From NCBI RefSeq assembly GCF_001194135.2, contig NC_068998.1, forward strand, positions 15,380,023 to 15,444,022: DNA of 64,000 nt, read 5' to 3'. A program made the position numbers and the translations under genes. Source of the DNA: Octopus bimaculoides. Lineage: Eukaryota. Positions within the stretch are counted from its first letter, which is position 1, and each line of letters opens with the position of its first letter. The notes under the pieces were generated by a model that saw nothing but the letters and a program-made list of their open reading frames with translations, did not search any database and was not told the origin of the DNA. Of the stretch, positions 14,242-25,700 are shown in pieces.

Positions 14242-14295
14242 TTAGTCTTTGAAGAAATTTTTGTTGGAATAGAACAGGACAAAAGCAGCAGATGT
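14242..14295 (-). CDS. USP8: USP8 last coding exon: [17 protein letters not shown]
   Basis: Acceptor ttccttctttcag; AAF/YVLFY is the terminal USP motif; TAA stop. Confidence 0.93.
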   Translation of the reverse strand, partial: TSAAFVLFYSNKNFFKD

Positions 14296-14479
14296 CTGAA
14301 AGAAGGAAACAAATATTATTGAAGTAACAGTTAAGGCATTTAGCAAAATTACAAAATAGGACCTCTTTTCTTTTCCTATTTCCTGTTATACACACTTAAA
14401 TTTGCCTCTTATACATATAAATAGAAAGAGCTTTGCAGCTATCAAACGAACTTAATTGGGTAGCGCAGGATGAAATGGA

Positions 14480-14511
<32 letters not shown>

Positions 14512-17500
14512 GATAAATAGATATGTGTGTGTGTGTCCTTGTATCTGTCCCCAACCACTGCTTGACAACCACGTGTGTTGGTATCCACATAACGGTTTGG
14601 CAAGAGAGGTCAATATAAGTACCCAGCTTAAAAGAAAAAAATATGGGGGTGGGATCAATTCATTCAACTAAAAGTTATTCAAGGCACTGCCCCAGCATGG
14701 CTGCAGTCTAATGACTGAAACAAGTAACAGATAATTCTGTCTTCACAAAAAGGGGCACAACATAGTTGATATGTTATCAGCTATGGTTGAGTTGGCTAGC
14801 TTAAATTAATTCAGGACACAAAAATGTGAATCAAAATAAACAAAAAAAAAACCTATGTTTCTGTGTGGTTAAGAAGTTAGCTTTGCAACCATGTGGTTTC
14901 GGGTTCATTCCCACAGCAGAGCACATTGGGCAAATGCCTTGTACAATAGCACCAGGCCAACCAATGCCTTGTGAGTGAATTTGATAAATGGAAACTGCAC
15001 AAAAGCATGTCGCATGTGTGTGCGTGTATGCACATGCACTTGTGCTTATCTCTCATTGCTTGACAACTAAAGTTGGCTTGTTTGCAACCTGTGACTTAGC
15101 AGTCTGGCAAAAGAGATTGACAGAATAAGTACCAGATTTAAAATAACTACAGGAATTGAACTGACTGACTCAAACCTTCAATGCAGTGCTGCAGTCCAGT
15201 GACTGAAACAAGTAAAAGAATAACAGATTATCATGATCTTTTTTTAATGATGACAATGTTAACAAGAGCAGTCAGAGAGTGCAAACCTCCACCAAGGCAA
15301 CACCAATATCCTCTCAACAATTAGCCAGAGATGATTTTTAAAATGAGACTATCTGAAATAAACTTGACTGCTCTCACAAGTGAGAATACTAAAAATCAAC
15401 CCGACCAAGGAAAAATAATCCAGAATCCTTGTCCAGTACCAGACTGATCCCAAAATCTAATCAGTTTGCGCCAGTCATGAGGCCAAACATCCCTGAAAGT
15501 TTCATCCGAATCCATCCAGTAGTTCTTGAGATATCTTGTCCACGGACAAACAAATACAACTGAAAACAATACCTCCACTTTTGCTAAGGCAGAGGTAATA
15601 ATTTTAGATGTATTTTTTCAAGTCAATATGAAATGGATTAGAAGGCGGGAAGCTAGCAGAACCATTAGAATGCCAGGCAAGAGGCTCAACAACATTTTAT
15701 CAGTCTTTACATTCTGAGTTCAAATTCCACTGGGGTCAACTCTGCCTTTCATCTCTTTCAGGGTTGATAAAATAAGTAGCAGTTAAGCACTGAAGTCAAT
15801 ATAATCTCCTTGCCCCTTCCTTGNNNNNNNNNNNNNNNNNNNNNNNNNNNNNNNNNNNNNNNNNNNNNNNNNNNNNNNNNNNNNNNNNNNNNNNNNNNNN
15901 NNNNNNNNNNNNNNNNNNNNNNNNNNNNNNNNNNNNNNNNNNNNNNNNNNNNNNNNNNNNNNNNNNNNNNNNNNNNNNNNNNNNNNNNNNNNNNNNNNNN
16001 NNNNNNNNNNNNNNNNNNNNNNNNNNNNNNNNNNNNNNNNNNNNNNNNNNNNNNNNNNNNNNNNNNNNNNNNNNNNNNNNNNNNNNNNNNNNNNNNNNNN
16101 NNNNNNNNNNNNNNNNNNNNNNNNNNNNNNNNNNNNNNNNNNNNNNNNNNNNNNNNNNNNNNNNNNNNNNNNNNNNNNNNNNNNAAAAACAAAAATGGGA
16201 AAAGTGGAAATAATTTTAATCATTTAGCATTTAATCTGGCCATACCTGGCCCAGATATTCTACGTGTTTTATGTTCAAACAAACAAGATCCAGCCTTTCA
16301 CACCTACCCTACAATGTCAGTCAAAAAATATACTATTACATCATCAAAATTTTAACGCTCACAAGATAAAGCAAATTTAATTAAAAACAATGTGAATAAA
16401 TAATAAGCATTTAATTTGACAGAACAATGTGAATGCTAAGGGCTTAAAAAACAGTCCAAAATATTTACTAAAATTTTCACATCTGAAAAGCTCCTGGCTA
16501 TAAGAGTGTCATGAAAGGCTTGGTTGGAGGCCCAACCTTCTGAGTTCTTTTACAGAGCTTAGAAAAACTAAAGGATCACTGAAATAAGTGTGTGAATCTG
16601 AGAGGGGAATACATTGAATAAAATCATAATTAACTGATCTTTCTATTTAATTTCACCCAAAGCCAGGAACTTTTCAGCACCCCCTCGTATAAATCACTAC
16701 AATGACTGACTGTTTGTCACCAACCAGAAGCAAAGTATTGTGTTTAAGAAAAAGGTTCTGGTGCAATACACCTAGTTATAAACAGAACCATCAAGAAGTA
16801 TAATTTTCTTAGCTTGCAGTATTGAGCAGAAATTATTCATTGATGTTCAAGAAAGCAGTGCTATTACAGGCAATGCCCTCTTGGTCTACTGCTTAAGATG
16901 AAACTTTTAGTGAGGCCCCCAACAATTCAACAAGTTACAGAACATAATTTATTATTATTTACTATGTTTGGGAGCAGACATTTTTAATAGTTAATGATTC
17001 ACATTTTATTAAGAAAAATAATAATCTAATTTAATCATACAAATGACCCTGGTTTGCAATCTTATACTGGATGAAGAATCACTGAGTGGAAGAGGGGACA
17101 AAAACAAATACTTACAATGTCCTCCTTTCATGGTTCCATAATGATTCTAAAAGAGAACAAAAGAATAAGAATTAAACAAAGTTTCTCATGGTTAAATAAA
17201 AATGGAATTAAAGAACCTTGTTTGGATTTTTTTTAAATACACGGTTAATGGTAATGATATTTAAAAAATTTGTTTAGATTTTAAATGTTAAAAAAATATC
17301 TTACCGAAACTGCATATAATTGGTAAAGCGACTTTGAGTTACTGCACACATAATTGCTCATATCCAAAGTTTCTGTTGGGAAGTCTACAAATGTATTCAG
17401 TTTATGTCTCCATACACCTTCATGAGAGAACCTGAAATCAAGGAGAATAATGCAACAGTGGCAACAGAAAAACAGCAACAGTAATAATAGATGTGGAGAA

Positions 17501-20500
17501 ACTTAGGCCTGGTTGTATGTTTAAGAGGCTCGCTTTGCAATCATGTGGTTTCAGGTTCAGTCCCACCGCACAGAACCATGAGCAAAGTGCCTTCTAATAT
17601 AGTCCTAGGCCAATCAAAGCTTTGTGAGGGAATCTGGCAGATAGAAACTGTGTGGGATCCTGTCGCACGCGCACGTGTGTGTGTGTGTGTGTGTGTGTAT
17701 GCATGCATGCATGTATGTATGTGTTTGTTAACCACATAGTTTCAGGTTCAGTCCCACTGCACAGGGCATCCAATCACAGAAAATCTGCCTCAATAAACTT
17801 CCTATTTTATAAAGATCACTTTCATATGTATATAACAGAGTTGAAAAATTGATGTAACCAGGATGTTTTGCTGATCTGAAGAACTAGCCTTTAATATCTG
17901 CCTTAATTTGTAAACGTACAATAGTAGTATGCCATGTATAGCAGGCATATTAGTGTAGACATGTAAAATAATTTATTATACACTTGAATATAAATTATTA
18001 TTACATGATGAAAGCTGCAAAACAGCTGTCATCCTATGGATATCAACTAGTGAAATAAATATATTCATCTCTCATAACTCATTTAGTCTTGCCATTCAGA
18101 AAGGCCTGCAGCCCACTGTTTGCCCATGATTGATACAGATCGTTTGTATTCATTTATAATTTTGTCCAAATTAGATTATCTTTAGATATATCTGTGCCAG
18201 TAACACAAAAGGCACTCATGCTGGTAATACATAAAAGACACCCAGTATGCTTTATAAAGTGGTTGGTGCTAGGAAGGGCATCCAGCCATAGAAACCAAAC
18301 CAAAACAGATATCTGAAGCCTGGTGCAGCTCTCCAACTTACCAACTGCAGTCAAGTCATCTAACCCATGCCAGCATGGAAAACAGACATTAAATGACGAT
18401 GGTGATATTAAACTTCAGCAATTTCTTTAAGGGATTCTGTAGCGATCAATTAAACTTTCTTATCAAGATTTTCAGAGGTTAAAATAAGACCTGACCTTTA
18501 TTTTGCAAACAAGAAAACATAATATTAAAAAGTAGCCTTAATTGTTATTTATAAGTTTCAAAACTAATGTTTGTTTCATTTTCAGAGAATAAAAGGCTAG
18601 CTAAGAATTCTTCAAGTACTTTTCTATTCTTTGAAAACTATCAAAACTTAGTCTCACATACCGACTTAAACCAATAAGCAAAACAGGAGGTAATTTCCAA
18701 ATATCCATTTTCTTCACTGTATCTCGCTGCCTTTTGCATTGAGGACAATTCCACCGAGAATCTCCAGTCATTTCTTCTTCCTTTAAGAACAACTCCAAAC
18801 AATCCTGGGGTGAACAAGAAAATATTTTGCTACTAATTTGCTGAAGAGGGAACAAAATTGATTCAGACAGCTCCAGTGTGATACAAGATTATTTTATAGA
18901 GAAAAGAAAAACCAAGTCAACTCAAGCAGAATTTGAACTCGGAATACATGGCTTCTTAATCTGGTGATTTTTTTAAATAATTAAAATAATCAAAATACAA
19001 ATAAACTTGTTTACCATTTACAGTATACATACATTACAAAATTAATACCATTGTATACTTGAAGAAAAGGACAATGAATCAACAGAATCATTAGAACATG
19101 TGACAAATAAATAGAGGTATTTTTCCAGTTCTATTAGGTTCTAAGTTTAAATCCCACCATGGTCAACTCTGCCGCTCATCCTTAGAGGGTGGGGGTCATT
19201 AAGATAAAGTACCACTCATGTACTAAGGTTGATGTAACTGACGAGCCCTTAGCCCCAAACTGCTGATACTGAACCTAAATTAGGTATTATTATATATTGG
19301 AAAAAAAATGAGAAACTATTAAGATTGATTGCCTGATACAAGAAACTGAACCCCTGATTATGCTAATGTGATTGAATAATTGCTTTTCCTCCCTTGCTTT
19401 TCATCTATAAAATTCATCCAGTATAGGTTTGATGGGTTAACAAATTCAAAAGTTTGAATGAAAGTTTTTAAGTAAGCATTTATACAGTTAAATGTACTTC
19501 TGTATAATGTCAGTTTCTTGAGATGATCAAAAGTGGTTCACATTTTCAATAGTCTGCATTGAAGCAAGCATAATTGTAGAATATCTGACTAAACATCATG
19601 CTACACTAGTGGAGAAATTGTTAAAATTTATGCCCATACAGGAGTTGAACCCACCTTTGAAGTTCAAAAAACACCCATTAATTACAGGGTTTCCAGCCGA
19701 AATGCTATGGCAGTGATGTGTACTTTGGATAAGTACCCATTCACAGCTAAGTAGACTTGGGCCATGTAGTTAAGAGTCCTTGCCACAATACTATCCATCC
19801 ATCCATTTTCTCTGCCTCCTGGGAGGATTGTGGTGGGATAGAGTCTTCTTTAGGGTCCTATTAGAAGCAACAGTCATTACACATTCCTGCTGGGTCCCCA
19901 AACACAACCAACTGATATTATGAATATTCAACCATCTCATTCTTGGTCTACTCCTAGGTCTCCTGCCAGTTGGCTCAGCTTGAAAAATTTGTCTTCTGAT
20001 CCTTTCCTGCAACATTCTAATCACAGCTGTAATATCAGAGTTATGACCCCTCAATGTGGGGGGAGTGGTGGATCAACCCGGAGAGCCTCCCTGATTTCCA
20101 AGCTACACACTCTATTGAGTAATGTTACTCCAATGCTGAGTTGTTACAATCATTCAATTCAAAATTCACAATTCCAAAATATTCTTTGAGAAGAGAAAGA
20201 AAGAAAAAAATTCAAGAATACTCTGAACCATTAAGAATTTTAAAATGTTTCTATGAAATCTTACCTGAAGTTTACATTTAGTTGTTGTAGGAATTGGTAA
20301 GGAGAGGTACTGGAAGGTTTGAAATGTAATTGACACTTTCTTACAAGCAAGGCAGCAAAGAGTAGATTTTAATTGGCCCTAAAAAGTAACAAATATAAAG
20401 CTTTTAAAGAATTACCACATAAACAGAGTTTTCACTTTTCAACAAGTCATTGTTTAACCCTTTCAACTAGCAGTGTCCAGACCACTGTTTAACACAAAAT

Positions 20501-22701
20501 TCCTTGGAAAAAAACATTACTTCATCATTTTCCTGTGTTAATATAAAACCTTTTGCCCCTAAACTAATAATGCCTTTAATATCTATATAATTATATCAGC
20601 TAAAGAAGAATTCTTTTCATCATTTCATCACCATAACTCACTGACAACAAAGTTTATACTTAAAACAGTTACAGATAGTAATTATTATTGGTTTCTCCCA
20701 ACAACTGTGAAATTAAAATGAATTATTTTTTTTCCTTAACAATTGCATAACATTGTTAGGTCATGTCTGAAAAAATATTTCTTAAAATTTTAAGCGAAAT
20801 ATATGATGCCTATTCATCACCATATCCATATTTAGAAGAATTTTCAAAATTATCATCTTTTTCATTAGTCAGCATACATCAAAGTGTACACTTCTTGAGT
20901 TTTATATTACATTTCTAGTAGCAGTTTGTCACACATGTATATTTAAACAAGGAAACTGCAGCTGCTGAATACATGTCTTCATGAGTATTTCCTTTATTGC
21001 TTATAAAAATTTCACTTTGCTGATGTAGACTGGACATCTTTTCAAATTCACACATTTGCATGGAATGATACCACTGGATATCATTGTAAAAGGTTAACTA
21101 TTCCTTTATGAAAGACTATTGAAGGTCAAAATTACCAATTAAAAAAAATAATTCAACAAGGAAAATAGTGTAGCAGCACATTTTAAGTTATGTAATTTGA
21201 TAACAATGAGTCTCATAATTGATGGCTATTTTGCTTCTTTTTTCTTTTTTTTTTTTTGCAACTATTGTCACAACTTAAAACTTCAAAAAACGAAATACTT
21301 TTATAAATTAACAATTACAAGTTACCACCTGGATGAAAGGCAATAAATGAGGTTCTTTATACATATTACAATCTGGAAACAGTCACAATTTATCTGTTTA
21401 TGCAAATAAAGTTGGCTGCCTTGTCTAAAGACGCAGTACAACATATGACAAGAAATGAGATTATGGCTAATAATCTAGAACAGGGATCAGCAACGTTTTT
21501 TTGTAAAGGCTCACTTTTGTATTTTTGACTGGCACTCGTACCAGTGGCACATAAAAAGCACCCACTACACTCTTGGAGTGGTTGGCATTCGGAAGGACAT
21601 CCAGCCGTAGAAACCATGCCAAACCAGATTGGAACCTAGTGTAGCTCCCTGGCTTACCAGTTTTCAGTCAAACTGTCTGACCCTTGCCAGCATGGAAAAC
21701 AGACATTAAATGATAAGGATGATGATGATGTCTACATGTTATTATATCATATCTTACATATAAAAATAGCTTCACATAACCCCAAATTTTCATCACTAGC
21801 AATGTTTAAGTAAGCAAAAATTAAATTGTGGCACACAAAAGACTATTTGTTGACACTGGGTATAGAAGCCCCATATTCTGTGGGCCCTTATATCTCGACT
21901 TGCTGGATAAACCTTAGCAGAAACAAGCCAAGAAGAGAGTCTCAATGTGTGACTGCCCAACTTTCTAGGAATAGCAACCAAATCTCCCTCAAATTATACC
22001 CAACCATCTTACAAAAAGGAAGACACATTGAATAATGAAGTTCCATAAACATTTTGGTCACAACTGCATTTTGGTCATAGGCCTGCTAAATGTGTATTGA
22101 CTTGGCTGCTAAACATCCTTAGTAGCAAGTTTAAATATGAAAATATTACAACTAAGATATCTGCTAGCATACCTGAAATAAATTAACTATAATGGATTTG
22201 TTCAATTTTTTATATGACTCCCATGCAAGATCTGCTGCAACATCCTCTGGAAGGTTTTCATTTTCTTGTTCTGGCACCGGTTCACGTTTAGTTACCTGAA
22301 TGAAATGTCAGAAAACAGAGAGAAATATTTACAGGAAGTTACAGATACAAGAAAATAAAACTGAAAAGTGAGAAACTTCTAAAGGTCTGTATTAATTCAA
22401 TGTAATTCAAAGAAAGAATGACACACATAGACACACGCATAAGTTTCAGGCATGACTTGAGAAGTTCACTTCCGGCCACGTAGCAGCAGTGATGATGATG
22501 ACATCATTGTCATTGTCATCATCGTTGTTGTCCTCATCATAACGATATTGCTACATCATCGTTTAATGTCTATCTTCGATGCTGGTATGGATTGGACAGT
22601 TTGACAGGGTCTGATGAGCTCAAATGTTTACTTAAGCTTGGTCTCTATGGTTGGATACTTTTCCTAGTGCCAACCACTTAATGTGGAAAAAGAAGGAGGA
22701 C

Positions 22702-22737
<36 letters not shown>

Positions 22738-25700
22738 AAGATAGATAGTGAAGATGTGTCAGGGTGTACCATCAAGTTACATGGAGACAGATGAATATAA
22801 GTGAAATGGTACAAAGGAGGGGGACAAGGTGAGTGGGCAGGTAAATTCATGAGAGTGCAAAAGGAGAGTGGGAGATAGAGGGGAAAGAGAACAGAATGTG
22901 GTAAACATAGGTGAAGGGAGGGGGATGATGCTAGGAAGATGAGTTGTAGGAGAGAGATCTGTCAGGGACAGTTTGTGCAGAGGCATAGATGTAAACAACA
23001 GGCCTTGAGGGCCTCATTTTTACTTAGATGGATGGGTCATCTCAAGCACAGCAAATCACCAACCATCTCGGTCTTTTGTCATCTTCTCTGTTAGGCTAAA
23101 CATCTGAAAGGCCATTTTTCACCACTTCATCTCACATCTTCCTAGTCGACCTCTTCTACTGGTTCATCCACAGTTAGACAGCAGCACTTCTATATGCAGC
23201 TGTCCTCATCCATATACATCACGTCAACATACCAGCACAGTCTTCTCCCTTGCAAACCACATCTGATGCCTCTTATACCCAATTTCTCTCTCAACACATT
23301 TACACTTTGTTGTACATGCACACTGGACATTGCACGGCCATCAGAGCATGAAAGCAAACACTAAAATTTGAATGAGAGATACTTACCAAATTTAAGCCCT
23401 CATGTAATTGGTCTAACAAGAATGTGAGAAACTCTTGGGAATCATGCTGATCAAAACCAGCAAACATTGGTGCATATTTCCCTACAGTATTCTGCAAAAT
23501 AGATAGTACACATATAGTTGTGCACAAGCTTATATATTTACACACTAAGTAAAAATGTATTTGTGTATGAGAGATTCAAAAAATCCTAAACCAGCTAACA
23601 ACTCAGGTCAGTCAATCTTCTTACAATGTCTTATTTTCTTTACTGCCCACAAGGGGCTAAACATAGAGGGGACAAACAAGGACAGATAAAGGGATTAAGT
23701 CGATTACATCGACCACAGTGCGTAACTGGTACTTAATTTATCGACCCCGAAAGGATGAAAGGCAAAGTCGACCTCGGCGGAATTTGAACTCAGAACGTAA
23801 CGGCAGGTGGAATTTGAACTCAGAACGTAACGGCAGGCGAAATACCGCTAAGCATTTTACCCGATGTGCTAACGATTCTGCCAGCTCACCGCCTTCGCAG
23901 TGGCAGTCTTCTTACAATGTCTTGCCTCCCCCTCTCACTTTCCTCTCCTCAAATCGCTAACCTCCTTACCACAGCCTTCATGCATTTGCCCCATCCCACT
24001 GCATTTTATTACCTACACTCCATTCCAGTCTCCCTCTTCTTGAATTCCAGAATAGCTGGTCTACAATCCTACCGTTCACACTGTCAGCTGCCCAGACTAC
24101 CACTGGTCCAAGCAGCTGACAGTTCCTACTGCTCACCCCCCCCTCCCTGTCTATTAAATGTAAGTATCATGTAGCTCCTCTACAAAATGAAACTGCTCTC
24201 TCCCACCACTTTTCTCATATGTTGACCCTTTAGCTCCAAGCATAGAGCTTCAATATCATCATCATTGTCGTTTTGATCTTCACCTTTCCATGCTTGCATG
24301 TAATGGATGGAATTTATTGTGGCACATTTTCCACAGCTGGATACCCTTCCTCACATCATCTCTCACCTGTTTCCAAGCAAAGTAATACTTCTCCCTAGCC
24401 AGACATGTTTATGCAGGATATAGGAGATGAATGACACTGTTTGTATGGCAGCTGAATGAGGTATACCCAGACAATTGGACAGGGTTACTATTATATTGTA
24501 CTATTTAGGACAATGAATATACTCCCATCTTATAATAATTACATTTTTCTAATATTAAAAAAAAAACAAGTATTAAAAGCTATTTGTAACAAAATATCAA
24601 AAATAGTATTTACACCAGCATATTAAAATAATGTAAATCTAGATACAGTATGTCTGAAAACAAGACTGGATGCTTACAGCTGGAATACCTTTAATCATAA
24701 ACATGAGCTGAACAACAGTAACTACAACTACTACTACTACTATTACTACTACTACTACTACTACTTCACAGTTTAACAAGTCAATGCAACATTACCTTGA
24801 AATCTCTTGGTGTAATACATTTATACTGTCCACTCCAAAGTGCCTTCACTATAACAGCAAATTCATCAACAACTTCCCCAGAATCTCCTAATACACTATT
24901 TCTGGAAGAAAAAAAAAAAAACAGAAAAGTAAGTTCAAATCACTTGGAATAAGATAAATATAAATATAATCTAGAGTAACATAGAAGATAAGCTCATTAA
25001 TAAATGGAAGTTGAATATATATAATGAATAAATAGGAGTGAAATTTATTTTTTAACCTCATGGCTTGGGGTTTGATTACACTAGGGAGAAGCTTGGCAAA
25101 GTCTCCTCTACTATGGCCCCAAGCTGACCATCAAGTCTTAACCCTTTAGCATTTAAACCGACTATATCCAGCCCAAAATATTCTCCCAGTTTTACATCCA
25201 AACCGACTGGATCTAGCCTCTTGTGCCGATCTTACAATGTCATTCTAAAAGATAAACAATCACATCACTGAAAACAATGTGAATAAATAAATGTTATTAC
25301 ACTTGACAAAGTAATCTGAATGTTAACGGATTATATGTGTAAGTAGCTAAGCTGAGTTGTTGCTAATAGCATCATGATTTTTTGACAATTAGCATCATCT
25401 TTAGGAATGAAAATTTATTTTTACAATATTCACATCCACACTATATTTCAATTTAAGATCAAATCAACTGAAATGAAGTGCAATATATTCCCACTGGATG
25501 GCACCTTGAGCAAGTATCTTCAACAAAAGTCCTGGGACAACCAAAGCCTTGTGTATGGATTTGGTTGCTGGAACTGAAAGAAGCCTCCCTCTCTCTCTCT
25601 CTCTCTTTCTCTGCGTATAAGCATTTTATCTTATCTTACTTATCTTATACATATATAAAAGCAAGTTGTCTGTTTGTTTGTATGTTTGTGTCAAGTTGCC

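Noticed and set aside
16330-16355. Minus-strand NFDDV peptide as the missing USP8 Asp exon
   Set aside because: It lies inside a piggyBac-like MITE copy (same sequence near 33275), lacks the upstream YTA/W residues and has no suitable splice sites
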